Assembly: GCF_006345805.1 (NCBI RefSeq)
Contig: NC_042999.1
Location: 16,554,001-16,618,000, forward strand
Direction: 5' to 3'
Source: Octopus sinensis
Lineage: Eukaryota
DNA length: 64,000 nucleotides
The position numbers and the translations under genes are program-made. A model generated the notes under the pieces. That model saw nothing but the letters and a program-made list of their open reading frames with translations. It did no database searches and was not told where the DNA came from. Shown piece by piece: positions 26,399-39,574 of the stretch; positions within the stretch are counted from its first letter, which is position 1; every line of letters starts with the position of its first letter.

Positions 26399-26485
26399 AT
26401 ATATACATATATATACGCTCACATATATCCATATATACAGACACAAACACGGACATATATGTATATGTGTGTGAGAGTGTGATTT

Positions 26486-26524
<39 letters not shown>

Positions 26525-27741
26525 GTATATATAAGAATGTATATTTAATTATGTATACACATACCTGTACATATGCATATGTACATGCATTCATATATGT
26601 ATGTATTATATATATATATATATATATGTGGGTGTGTGTTGTGTGTGTGTGTGTGTATGTGTGTATGTATATGTATGTATATATATATGTGTGGTGTGTA
26701 TGTGTGTGTGTTGTGTGTGTGTATGTATGTAAATATATACTCTTACGATTATATTCATGTATTTGTATATTTACATACATGACACATTCTTAAATATATA
26801 AGTACACACATACAGGAAAATCAGTGAATCAATGGTTATACATACATGCATACATATATAGATGCATCCATGCATACATATATAGATGCATCCATGCATA
26901 CAATGCATACAATGTAAACAAACAAACAAACACACAAACACACACTCTAACATAGCAAGTATAGATAAGATACACACACAACATATGAACACTTACATAA
27001 ATCGATGGAAATATGGAAATACACACAACCTAATAAACACAAAATATACATACATATGTATGTATATGTATATATATGTAATATATGGTGTGTTTGTGTG
27101 TGTGTGTGTCTGTGTGTGTGCGTGTGTGTATGTTATCAACATACACAATGCCTCATATAGCGTATTGCAATGCATACTCAAAAATAATCTCTTTGGAAAA
27201 TACAAACACACATATTCGCCAACACAATCGTCTGTGTGCTTGTATGCGTGCGTACACGTGTATATATGTGTGTATATTTGTGTGTATATATACGTGTGTG
27301 TGTGTGTGTGGTGTCTGTGCATGGGTTGTGTAATGTATTTGAAGGATATAGACGAAATGTGCTGTGCAAAGTTTGTAAATAAATAAAAACAAACATCACA
27401 TCAGAATATTATCTGTTTTGCCTCGTAAACTATATTCCATTGTCAGACATTTTCATAAATAACCCAAATATTCACAATTTTTATATGAATCAACTATAGA
27501 AATGCTTACATTACTAGAAATATCAGCTAAGTCTTTTTTTATTCTTTTTTTTTATATGCCTGCATCGATGTTTATTTCTTCACCAAATCTTTTATTTACA
27601 AAGGGAAACCTTTCATTTACCCGGTAGAAAAGAGAAAAATACGTTGATTCATACACACGCATACATATGCATTCGGGTATGTGTGTGTGTGTGTGTGTAT
27701 GTAAATATGCATGTGTATATATATGCATGTGTCTCTCTCCT

Positions 27742-27801
<60 letters not shown>

Positions 27802-27886
27802 TATACGCTCACATATATCCATATATACAGACACAAACACGGACATATATGTATATGTGTGTGAGAGTGTGATTTTTTATATAATA

Positions 27887-27910
<24 letters not shown>
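25130..27910. repeat. Tandem duplication, 2 x ~1.39 kb
   Basis: About 25130-26515 and 26516-27910 are colinear (e.g. gaaacctttcatttacccggtagaaaagag at 26219 and 27605); differences are mostly indels. Confidence 0.9.
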
Positions 27911-27917
<7 letters not shown>

Positions 27918-28191
27918 ATTATTATACACATACACACAAAGATACACTCAGTGATCCTATGAAATATGCGCTTAGATGCAGATATACACACGTATATATT
28001 CTATGTTTAGTTCGATTTATGCGTGTGTGTGTATATGCGTGCGTGTCTGTATGTGTGTGTATGTATATGCGTGCGTGTCTGTATGTGTGTGTGTTTATGC
28101 GTGCGTGTATGTATGTGTGTGTGCGTATGCGTGCGTGTCTGTATGTGTTTGTGTGAGTGTGTGTATCATTATATGATACAAATAAATATAA

Positions 28192-28595
28192 GCGCAGGGT
28201 TGACTGTGTGGCAAGAAGCTTGATTCTCAGCCATAAGGTTCCATGTTCCCACTACGTGTCACCTTGGCTAAGTGTCTTCTACTATTGCCTCGGGCCGACC
28301 AAAACCTTGTGAGAGGATTGGGTTGACGAAAACTGAAAGAAACCCATTTTGTGTGTGTGTGTGTATATATATGTGTATGTGTGTGTGTTTGTGCTGTGTT
28401 TGCCACCCCGCCATCGCTTGACAACCAATGTCGACGTGTTTACGTCCCCGTAACTTAGCAGTTCGGCAAAAGAGACCGATAGAATAAGTACTAGGTTTAC
28501 AAAGAATAAGTCCTGGGGTCGATTTGCTCGACTAAAAGGCGGTGCTCCAGCATGGCCGCAGTCAAATGAGAGAAACGAGTAAAAGAGTAAAAGAA
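28192..28595 (+). mobile_element. SINE family A
   Basis: Colinear with 61453-61900. Confidence 0.85.
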
Positions 28596-28634
28596 TATAT
28601 ATATATATACGTATACATTCAGACACACATATCT

Positions 28635-28830
28635 ATATGGGATGTTGGACAGCATTAGGTGAAGGTGCTTCTTGAAAACATCTGACCCCACGCAATGTAG
28701 ATCTCTCAAGATTTTTGGCAAGATATTAAATAGCTCTGGACCTTTGAAACCCAAGCTACTGCAGGAACTGATCCTTATTTTATACGAGACATTGGGGTTT
28801 GTCTTAGATTCCTTAGGTGCTCAGAACTAG
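28635..28830 (-). pseudogene. CR1-clade LINE 3' fragment
   Basis: SLGFKGPELFNILPKILRDLHCVGSDVFKKHLHLMLSNIP matches the CR1 ORF2 C-terminal pattern (compare GPALFNIVP...IPD in the 50.4-kb copy). Confidence 0.7.
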
Positions 28831-29911
28831 AACAATTTTGGTCAAACGTCTGCTAAATCGAGGATAATCTGGGGTTAAACATTATCCTGTTTATAAATAG
28901 GATGATGACAACATTATCCTGTTTATAGATATTCAAATGCAACACTATCAGCTCATAATAGTACTGCTATATTATTATCAATGCAACACTGTCAGCTCAT
29001 AATACCGTTATTCTATTAGCCGTCTTTTACATTTAGTAACCATGCATTATCTGCTTTCTCTCGAGTCTTATTAATTTAGTTGTTTAACGCTTATGGCTTC
29101 CTGAAATTTTCATGTAGAGAGAACTCGAGATAACTTGTATGTATTAGTCAATCTGAAACGGAGACCAAGCTTCTACCAAACGGATTCTAGTTGAATTTAT
29201 AAACGCCAGTGATGTTATATACTCTTAGGAGAGAAAACGTGTTATGTTGCTGATTTGATCTTCAATTTCCTCTTGTTTTGAATGATTTGTTTATGAACCT
29301 AATATTGGCAAATTTGAAATGGTGAGTTGAGTATGTCAGTTCTTAGATTTCAACTAGTATTAGCTGAAGACCAACGTATTGATTAAGGAATCCGTAATGT
29401 TTCCTTTAGTTAGAAATAGACATAGCGAAGAGCGAATGAAATTAAATTTCAGCTCTAAATTAGAATTAAAATGGCATTTATATTTCTTCCGCTTCATTCA
29501 TACTTCTGGCGAAACTGTTAACTACATTATTCTATAGCTTGTGATATCAAGATTAAATACAAATGAATACTGCTTGACGCGTATGGCATACTAATTTACA
29601 GAATTGGTTTACAGAACATAGGAGAATGATTCAGTGGATTGCTAATTAAGTTACTTAATTCAAGAAATATTAATAAAGATTATTGAATGATGATTCATAT
29701 TCTAGTAGGAAATATAAAGTAAACAGTCCAATCAACTCGACGTCTGTTTGAGTTGAAATATCTTACTAAAACAAGATGACAACTTTATTATCAACGCTAA
29801 TGAAATGATGTGACCACATGTACTCTTTCTAAAATTTGCCATTTTAAAATTGAAATTGTTAAAAACAACGAGTATTTTCCTTTCTACTATAGGCAAAGAC
29901 CTAATTTCGTG

Positions 29912-30215
29912 GGGGCACATGGCCTAGTGGTTAGAGCAGCGGACTCGCGGTCGGGGGATCGCGGGTTCGAATCTCAGACCGGGCGATGTGTGTTTATCAG
30001 CGAAACACCTAAAATCCACGCGGCTCCGGCAGAAGGTAATGGCGAAACTTCTGCTGACACTTTCGCCACAACTTTCTCTCACTCTTTCCTCCTGCATCTT
30101 GCAACTCACCTGCGACGGATCGGCGTCCTGTCCAGGTGGGGAACCTATACGCCAAGAAACCGGGAAACAGGCCCTTATGAGCCATGCCTGGCTCGAGAAG
30201 GAAAAACAAGAAAAC
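29912..30215 (+). mobile_element. SINE family C
   Basis: Homologous to 9967-10260. Confidence 0.9.
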
Positions 30216-30239
30216 AACAAAGACCTAATTTATGGGTAA

Positions 30240-30570
30240 GAGCCTAGTCGATTAAATTGATTCCACTGCATAACTGGTACATATCTTATCGAGCCCCATG
30301 GCGCGGAAAAGCTAAATTTGCTTCAGCGGAATTTGAACTCAAAATGTAAAGCGGGATAGATTTATCTCCAGCTTGACAAAACAAAAACAAAAAAAAATGT
30401 ATATTGGCGCAAGCGTGGCTATGTGGTAAGAAGCTTACTGCCCATCTACATGGTCCTAGGTTCAGTCCCACTGCGTGGTTCCTTGGAGTTCTTCCATTAT
30501 AGCCTCAGGCCGACCAAACTCTTATGAGTGGATTTGGTTGACAGAAACTACTGGAAGAAGCCTGTCGTAT
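30240..30570. mobile_element. SINE fragments: family D (-) at 30240-30360 and family A 5' half (+) at 30405-30570
   Basis: Homology to other copies in the window. Confidence 0.7.
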
Positions 30571-31499
30571 GTGTGTATATGTATGTATGTATATGTATAT
30601 GTATATGTATATGAGTGTGTATGTATATACATATATATGCAGTCACGGTTAGAGTTGCAAACGAGGAATACTGTGCTCAATGTATGTAGTAGAGTCTATT
30701 AGTTAGTACGAAGCTGAGGATTCACTTGTTACAAATTCAGAGTTCTGTGTGGAACGCACGTTGAGGATGAACATGGTGAATGCTGGGTGGAGGCCATCCC
30801 CCACATTATTATGTTTTCAGTTGCGGTGCTGGTTGCAAGGTCAGTAGAATCATTTAAACCAAGGGCTGTTTGAATTTCATCAATGTTCTCTTTGCTATGA
30901 ATGTTACTGTGGTGTTTGTGGTTGAGGACTTGTGAATATCCTCACTCTCACATGCACAGTTTCAGACGGCACCACTCCTAAATAGGGGAGTTTCTATTTA
31001 CAAATACAATACCAGAGGCACAAAAATTTGAACTTTAAACTGTGGCTATATCCAGTCGATATAATCTAACCTTTTACAATTCCCACTTCTTACACGATAG
31101 AATTGTAACGTTCCCTCTACGAATTGCGAATGGTCGCTTGTTCTTGGATTGTCTCGGGGATTCCAGGGTATACAATCTTTGAACATTCACTATAAACCTC
31201 CTAAGATGGGCTGTGGCTCCACCCCTGGTAACCCCGGCGTTTAATGGAGACTGCAACATATTTACAGTACGGGCCCATCTACTGAAAACCCAGACATATC
31301 CTGCATTGAACCGCATGGAGGAAGATGCGATATGGTTACTTGTATGTGTCCTGACCTTAATGCAGTTTTGATGATGTTATTCGCCCTAGTCTCCTGTCAC
31401 TAAGCTGTTATTCTTTCTTAAGGCTGCAAAGACTAGGTTTATTTAGATGCATTGCAGGGCGATGTGAATTTTGTAAGAGCCGACAGTTTCACTACTTTT

Positions 31500-31713
31500 G
31501 TCTTTTATTTATTTCTTTTACTTGTTCCAATCATTTGACTGCGGCCATGCTGGAGCGCCGCCTTTAGTCGAGAAAATCGAACCCAGGACTTATTCTTTGT
31601 ATGCCTAGTACTTATTCTATCGGTCTCTTTTGACGAACCGCTAAGTTACGGGGACGTAAACACACCACCGTCGGTTATCAAGCGATTTTAGGGGGACAAA
31701 CACAGACACACAA

Positions 31714-31792
<79 letters not shown>

Positions 31793-31950
31793 ATATATAT
31801 ATATACGACGGGGTTCTTTCAGTTTCCATCTACCAAATCTACTCACAAGGCTTTGGTCGGCCCGAGGCTATAGTAGAAGACACTTGCCCAAGGTGTCACG
31901 CAGTGGGACAGAAACCGGAACCATGTGGTTCGTAAGCAAGCTACTTACCA
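31500..31950 (-). mobile_element. SINE family A
   Basis: Colinear reverse complement of 61453-61900. Confidence 0.9.
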
Positions 31951-32470
31951 CACAGCCACCCCTAATCTCCTCTAGTGGAATACCTCTGTTTTGTCTGAGG
32001 TTGTTCAGTCGTCTGGCAGGAACCTACTTGCACCAAAACCAACTACTATATCCCGTGACTGTGTCCATATCCATTAGCTGAGCTCCGTTTTCTTGTAAAA
32101 TGGATCTGTCAAGAGGAAAATGAAAGAATCTACAATTTAAGTATGCTGCACCAACTTTCAATTTGAATGAAGAGATTCATCAGTATTAGACATAAAAAGC
32201 AAACCCAGACTACTCCAAAAATTTGATCAGAAAATTATATGGCCGTATTGGTGCTCGTTAGGACGAAAAGAAGTAACATACAAAATATTTAACAGTATAA
32301 TACTGATAATAAACATCTGAAAACTTCTCTCGGTCTATATACTAATTTTATTGAAAACCACACTCCTCGTTTTTCATCTACATCATTAATTGCAGTATAA
32401 AATATAAATTTTTATAATTTTTTTTTCAGATTTTTCAGTTAATATTAGAACTGTGAGTTTGTATAATATA

Positions 32471-32698
32471 CAGGGTGGCCCAAAAGTAGGTTTACAGTTA
32501 TTCAACTATCTCTTTACGCATTCATATATCAAGAGTTTAGATCTTAATTATATAAAAAAATTATGAAACAATTATAACAATTTAAAATTATAAAAATTTA
32601 GTCAAATTGTAATACAGATATTTAAATTTAATAAAATATTTTAAAAGAAATTTAAAGTACCTACATGATTACTGTAAACCTACTTTTGGGTCACCCTC
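32471..32698. mobile_element. Tc1/mariner-type MITE
   Basis: TIRs cagggtggcccaaaagtaggtttacagt / actgtaaacctacttttgggtcaccctc; TA on both flanks. Confidence 0.9.
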
Positions 32699-32718
32699 TA
32701 TGTATGTATATATATATA

Positions 32719-32883
32719 ATTGCAGCGTAGAAGGTGTTTATAAGCAAGGAATTTTGTCAGTGATCAGGTCGCGGTCTCAAAGAGACGAAAATACTTTGAC
32801 AAATTAAATTTAAATTTTGAAGTGAATCTAACGGTTTTTGTCTGTTTCTTAAATGGCTTATAAAACACCTTCCACGCTGCAAT
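32719..32883 (+). mobile_element. Penelope-like pLTR remnant with a 27-bp inverted end, between (TA)n tracts
   Basis: attgcagcgtagaaggtgtttataagc (32719-32745) pairs with gcttataaaacaccttccacgctgcaat (32856-32883); an internal hammerhead-like motif is present. Confidence 0.6.
32753..32803 (+). ncRNA. Type I hammerhead-like motif with G3:C8 swapped core
   Basis: tttgtca-GTGATCA-g-gtcgc ggtctcaaa gagac-GAAA-atac-TT-tgacaaa: perfect 7-bp stem I; stem II has 4 of 5 pairs (or GTCTC/GAGAC, 5 of 5). Confidence 0.65.
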
Positions 32884-32951
32884 TATATATATAATCATAC
32901 ATAAAATATATATATATATGTATATGTATATATATATAATCATACATAAAA

Positions 32952-32983
<32 letters not shown>

Positions 32984-33062
32984 TATATATATATTATATA
33001 TATATATAATCATACATAAAAATATATATATATATACACACTCACACATACGCACACAGCAC

Positions 33063-33093
<31 letters not shown>

Positions 33094-33490
33094 TGTATGT
33101 ATGTATGTATGTGTGTGTGTGTGTGTGACTGTGTGGTGTGTGAGGTGTGTAACGAATGTCAACGAATGAGTTTTGAGTTAGATATATTCGTGTAAATTTA
33201 TATTCATCAATGCTGGAGCGCGCTGGGTCGTGACCCATCTTGAATTTTTATAGATATCCATAAGAAACATTTTCTCCAGGGACTATTTCTGCCGCGTAAG
33301 CTCTCCGCGCGCCCGTGTGCATGTGTGTACATACATCTTACGGTCAGATGACGTCACTCACAGTTCATTTCGTGTTTTCATATGTCAAGAAGGAGATATT
33401 TTTCTCCTGGGAGGCTCTCCACAGTGGAATGTCTTCTCATGTCCGAGTGCATTCGGACGTGTGGAATGTAACTTTACACGGGCACACACA

Positions 33491-33573
<83 letters not shown>

Positions 33574-33724
33574 AGACTCCTACCTCGTTTATAACACTAA
33601 TGTCATGGATTCGGTGAAATATTTGTAGCGTATCTATTTGAAACCAAGTTGTTTCTAGAATAGTGCTGCTGCTGATGCTACTACCAATACAACTACTACC
33701 ACCACAACCAATACCACCATCCTC

Positions 33725-33770
<46 letters not shown>

Positions 33771-34417
33771 AACTAACACCAACAACAACAACGGCAACAA
33801 ATCCGTCGTCTACTTTGTACGCTGAAAATATACGAGCGTTATTGAACCCAATCAAGGCAGTTCATTCGACCATATGCATTGGTTACGTGCTGATTTATTT
33901 CCAGTACTGCACCCTGTAGCCCTTGGACGGTGGGGGGAATTATCTCTTTCTGAATCTATCAGAGAGGAGGATGGCTATATAGGAAATCACTTGGACCGAA
34001 AATCAAAAGCAGATTTTGTTCATTCTTTATCTCTGCTTCATTTAGCGTATAAAGATATATACTTCAACACAGTCGTATACATACATACTTAGACACACAC
34101 ACATGCGCATATACACAGACATCTATGCACACAGTATTCTAATATATTTGTACTTATGACCATAAAACATCAAAGATCAGTCGTTTTTTTAATTTGTGTT
34201 TTTCATTCCACTGAAGCTTGCGCAAACATATTGCAAAGATGTAGTCCAATTTTTGATATCTTGAACAACAATTTAATAAATTACCGACTATAAGGCGGTA
34301 TAGAAACTCTCACTATGTGGGGAAGGATATAGATTAACCGTCATTTACGAAGACGACTTTTCCGATAGCAGGTTAAATTAGCAATCTTCTCATTGAATAA
34401 ATTTATCAATATGCAAG

Positions 34418-34449
<32 letters not shown>

Positions 34450-34665
34450 TATATAGTTAATCCTAACATGAAAACACAAAGAGAAAACACAACAACGAGA
34501 GGACGTGGAACAAATATAGTATTATTGGACGCTCAGGAAGGAAGGGAAGAATGAGGGTTTAACGTTTTGAGCAGAGCTCTTCGTCAGAAACATAGGAAAA
34601 GGAAAGATCCAGAGAAGGGAAGGCGGACGAAAAAAATCGCCAACGGTACACACGCGGTCATATAT
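34450..34665 (-). mobile_element. Penelope-like pLTR remnant with a G12A (probably inactive) hammerhead at 34557-34591
   Basis: Minus strand reads gttt-CTGACGA-a-GAGC tct GCTC-aAAA-CG-TT-aaac; homologous to 640-790 and 52065-52260. Confidence 0.65.
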
Positions 34666-34746
34666 ATATATATATATGTAATTTTTTTTCCGTAATGAAA
34701 TGAAAAACCAAGGGTGTGTAGATTTTAGAACATTTATAAATAGAAG

Positions 34747-34794
34747 GTCTTACAGCTGTTTCTAGGATATTTGTTATATCACTTCATCGGAGAC
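34747..34794 (-). ncRNA. Minimal hammerhead-like motif with self-complementary stem III
   Basis: Minus strand reads gtct-CCGATGA-a-gtGATAT aacaa ATATCcta-GAAA-CAGCTG-TA-agac: stem I gtct/agac, ACAGCTGT palindrome, GUA site. Confidence 0.6.
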
Positions 34795-34990
34795 GGTGTG
34801 AGAAGATGGTTAAGCAATAGTTCATTTAGATAAGATAAGAATTAGAGAGTGAGGTGGAAAAATGAAAATAGATGCGAGATATGCAGGGATATTGTATTTG
34901 TAGATCTATTATTTAGGCAGAATGGTATACGTATAAGATTCCAATACCTTATATATATTATATATATATATATATATAATATATATATAT

Positions 34991-35411
34991 GGTTAATGGA
35001 CAATATGTCCAATTTTTCGGCATATTTGGCATTGGAGATGTTTTCCTTGCCATCATTTATGAATTGTTTATAAATTTAACCGTTAAAGGTATTTTTTAAT
35101 ATGCTGGCCATTGATAACATTTTTTTCGAGAAAATATTTTTTTCGAAAAGAATTTTATCCTCACATTTGATATATATATATATATAATTTTATCCTCACA
35201 TTTGATATAATATATATATATATATATATATATCAAATGTGAGGATAAAATTCTTTTCGAAAAAAAATATTTTCTCGAAAAAATGTTATCAATGGCCAGC
35301 ATATTAAAAAATACCTTTAACGGTTAAATTTATAAACAATTCATAAATGATGGCAAAGGAAAACATCTCCAATGCCAAATATGCCGAAAAATTGGACATA
35401 TTGTCCATTAA

Positions 35412-35413
<2 letters not shown>
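34991..35413. repeat. Near-perfect ~180-bp inverted duplication around a (TA)n core
   Basis: Arms 34991-35170 and 35233-35413 differ by about 2 homopolymer indels; an extra 20-bp copy lies at 35186-35205; (TA)n flanks both arms. Confidence 0.92.
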
Positions 35414-35449
<36 letters not shown>

Positions 35450-36197
35450 GTCTATTCTTTTATTTGTTTCAGTCATTTGACTGAGACCATACTGGAGCAT
35501 CGCCTTTAGTAGAATTTCCCAGGGTCATGCTTATTCGTAATTAGGCTTAAGTACAGATGTAAACCCCGTCTCCAACTTTAGTAACCGTAATCTATGCTCG
35601 TTTGAAAGGTATTTGTATAATAGTTCATTAAATAATACCCACTTTCCTGAAAGTTATGAGGGGGAAAATGTCGGGTCATGTGAATTTTCCAAAACTCCTC
35701 TCAGCAACCCCTCGGAAAAAATTTTCCTATGAGTCTTTACATGCACTCAATCAACAGAATTTAAGCAATTATTTGTTGAAACTTTTGTTAAAAAGTATAC
35801 ATTTTTCTGGAATTTATGAGGTAACAAAGTCGTTGGGGCATACATCTGTAGAAATGCCCATAATTATCCAATAGTTATTAAATGAAATCACTATTTACGG
35901 ATACTTGTATTTTTTATATTTTCCATGCAGTTTTCACGGCTCCAGCTACTAACGTACAAAAAAAAAAAAAAAAAATTCATCGGAAAAAAAATCACGTAAA
36001 AAAGTCGGCGAAAACCAGTGCGATAATGAAAACTTGGGAATCCAGAATTGCAGGATTGCGGTTACGGATTCAGCCGGGAATATTTCTAATTTAGTCACAA
36101 AGTCGGCCTGATTCCAAAATGGTATGATACGTTGGGCTACGGCCTCCAGGAGCAAAGTTGAAAAAGTGTGACACACTGACACACTGACATTCGCATT

Positions 36198-36228
<31 letters not shown>

Positions 36229-37200
36229 CAAAAAAGGGTGAAATGTAATTAATTTAATAAAGCTAATAAATTTTACCTAGTAGATTTATCGGTATGGAAA
36301 AGAAAATATTTGGTAAGAATTATATTAAGTAAGATTTATGTTATATTAATATAATTAATATAATTAATATATATATATATATATATATGCTTGGCAGCAT
36401 TTTGTCCGGCTTCACGTTCTGAGTTTAAATTTCGTCGAGGTCGGCTTCTCTTTTTATCCTTTCGGGGCAGACATAATAAACACCAGTGGGATACTAGGGG
36501 GTGAATGTATTCGACCGACTACCCCTTTTCCTGAAACTGGTGACCTTGTACCAAAATTTGAGATTAGTGTGCATAGTTGAGTAATATATAAACACGTGTA
36601 CCTTTAGCTCAATTTGCACGTCGTATCAGCGTGAGACAGTTTAACAATGGTGAATTATAGAAACAGTTTTAGGTCAGAGAGAATGTCGCTTTGAGTTCGA
36701 ACCCTGTTGAATGTAGCGGTGCTTTTCATACATTTAGGGTCGACAAAAAGAACAAGTCCCTGACGGTGGATTAGCAGAAGTAAGTAGAAAATCGGATCGG
36801 ATGTCATGTGATATTTATTCTGGCATTTTGCTTTGAGAGTTCAAATATCGCCATGTCTTTCAGGTGTAGTAGTTTTAATTTGACACCTGGTTTAATACTG
36901 TTCCTTAGTCCCTTGGGTACCTTTAGAGAATCAGTTCTCCGGGTTGACGATGTCTCCCATTTTACCTTCCATTAGGCTCTGAGATCCGATAAAGAAACAA
37001 GTAGCATACCTTTACTTCTCGCTAAAAGATAAAAAAAATGCAGTATATCTTATACCATGATCTGTAAGATTCTGTATCCTATAAGATATTCCGCAGAGAT
37101 AAATAATTCTATAAATCTATTTTTAATTTCAATTCCTAATGATTCATACCTCCGTCAAGTATAAGAACCGCATCGTGGCCACTGTGTACTTTTAGTACGT

Positions 37201-37578
37201 GGAGGCGCAATGGCCCAGTCGTTAGGGCAGCGGACTCACGGTCTTAGGATCGCGGTTTGGATTCCCAGACCGGGCGTCGTGAGTGTTTATTGAGCGAAAA
37301 CACATAAAGCTCCACGAGGCTCCGGCAGGGGGTGGTGGTGAACCCTGCTGTGCTCTTTCACCACAACTTTCTCTCACTATTTCTTCCTGTTTCTGTTGTA
37401 CCTATATTTTAAAGGACCAGCCTTGTCACACTCTGTGTCACGCTGAATCTCCCCGAGAACTACGTTAAGGGTACACGTGTCTGTGGAGTGCTCAGCCACT
37501 TGCACGTTAACTTCACGAGCAGGCCGTTCCGTTGATCGGATCAGCTGGAATACTCATCGTCGTAACCGACGGAGTGTC
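37201..37578 (+). mobile_element. SINE family B, full length
   Basis: tRNA-like head with A and B boxes; homologous to 1972-2330. Confidence 0.9.
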
Positions 37579-38685
37579 AGTCAGTCACTTTTAATAAAGA
37601 CAATCTGTTACCAGCATTCGGCCAGATGTCCAGTGAGAGGACAACTTGTAGCCTTCATTATAACATTCTCAGAGGACTTACTGAAAGGTTATATGTACTA
37701 TTAGAATGTGATTAAGATACGAACGAATAAATGTATAAATAAATAAATAGATAAAAACATGAAGAAATCTATAAATGAAAATAGGAATTGTTGTCAACAC
37801 ATTTTAGCTTATTGATTGATACAAATTAGGCCAGTGTTTTTCCCAAGCACAAATTTTATAGGTGAAACCACGACACCATGCTTTGAGTTAGTTTTTCCTT
37901 TTACTTCTCTGCCTCTCTCTGTCTCTCTCTATCTCTCTCTCTGTCTCTTTCTTCTTCAGTCATTTTAACGAAGATAATTGACTGGAAGCTACAGAAGTCG
38001 ATTCAACGATTGAACAATGCGGACGCAGAAATTATATTCGTGACGATTTTCGAAATGATGTGCTATAACTGATATAACGCAATGTTAATATAGTTACATT
38101 GGACAGATGGGACGCGCAATCATTCCCTTCTAAATTAACGTCTAACGATACTTCAAAGGAAGAAATCCATTGACAGTTATTGCAGATGAATTACAAAAGC
38201 GTTTGATGGCTTCCTATGGTAAAATACTATCTGTCTAGTCGTGTGAGGGGTTGTCTTATTGCTTCTGTGACTAGCAGCTTGCAATATTGGATGAGAATTC
38301 GTGTTGTGTGCTAAGCTTTAAATTACTTTTTCGTTAGTGTATATGACTGATTTAGTTCGTTCGATTGATCAATGCTAAATAACATGTAATTAGCTGCAGT
38401 TGGTCCAGCTCCAACAAGAGCTAAGTGTACATCAGCACATGAAGCAACGAGATGGGCTCTCTTGTGTTTGAGCAATCTACTCTGTATTACTGTCATTCAT
38501 TAAATGGTATTTAATGAAATCAAGCGTAATAAAGGAGAAGATAAGCTTCCCATATACCAAGATGACAATTAGGTTTTTATTGCAAGTCATAGGTATTTAT
38601 TTTCATCTATGTGAAAGGATATTGTATTAATAGTATGAATACTACATTGCCAAATTTCTCTAAAATTAGTAGGAATGATGATAAA

Positions 38686-38731
<46 letters not shown>

Positions 38732-38744
38732 TAATAATAATAAT

Positions 38745-39052
38745 AATACCAGGAAAACCAAAAAGGGCAGAAAAATGGCAAAAAAAATGGCAGAAATTCA
38801 AAAAGATAGTGCTCATGGGAACTGCTCATATCCTACGCAAAATACATTCTATGTAATCTCAGGGTTTAAAACAAACATAATTTTCGGGTTTTTTTTGGGG
38901 GGGACATTCACTAGTACAACACCAAAAAAAGAAAAAACCAAATATATGGCACACTAGGCATAACAACAACATGAACTTCCAAACTGTTGTCTCTTGAGAT
39001 CTCTGGGTGTGACTTGGAGCCAACTTGTACAAATTTAAAGCAAAAGTCAAAC

Positions 39053-39055
<3 letters not shown>
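38745..39055 (+). pseudogene. RLE-type LINE extreme 3' end between (TAA)n tracts
   Basis: IPGKPKRAE...IQKIVLMGTAHILRKI matches the RLE C-terminal motif. Confidence 0.75.
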
Positions 39056-39101
<46 letters not shown>

Positions 39102-39139
39102 TAACAATAATGATAATAATAATAATAATAATAATAATG

Positions 39140-39191
<52 letters not shown>

Positions 39192-39223
39192 TAATAATAA
39201 TAATAATAATAATGATGATAATG

Positions 39224-39299
<76 letters not shown>

Positions 39300-39498
39300 G
39301 AGAGTATTGTAGTTCGCTTGAATCATTGTGTATTGTTTGTAAAGAATGAAAAGTTTTGAATGGTACAACGATGCCCTATAATACAAACAGTGGGATACAT
39401 ACCTGTTGTAATTTGGTCATCCACAGTCTGATATGATATTTGGGAATGATATTCCTTCTTCAGATATTCTCAGATGGAGTCGCTGCTATAATCGGTTT

Positions 39499-39574
<76 letters not shown>

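Noticed and set aside
30700-31400. Possible zinc-knuckle remnant (QCRICLGFQ*MGPYC) on the minus strand
   Set aside because: It has multiple stops and lacks the His. It may be a decayed LINE ORF1, but I cannot support that without alignment.
33874-34092. 72-aa ORF with a nearby tttatttccag acceptor
   Set aside because: There is no recognisable domain, no convincing donor and no neighbouring exons.
35340-35413. LQCQICRKIGHIVH zinc-knuckle-like peptide in the inverted repeat arm
   Set aside because: The final Cys is missing and the frame is short; probably chance.
37945-38070. Acceptor-like tctttcttcttcag followed by ILTKIIDWKLQKSIQRL...
   Set aside because: The pyrimidine tract is a (TC)n microsatellite, and the frame closes after about 37 codons with no donor.
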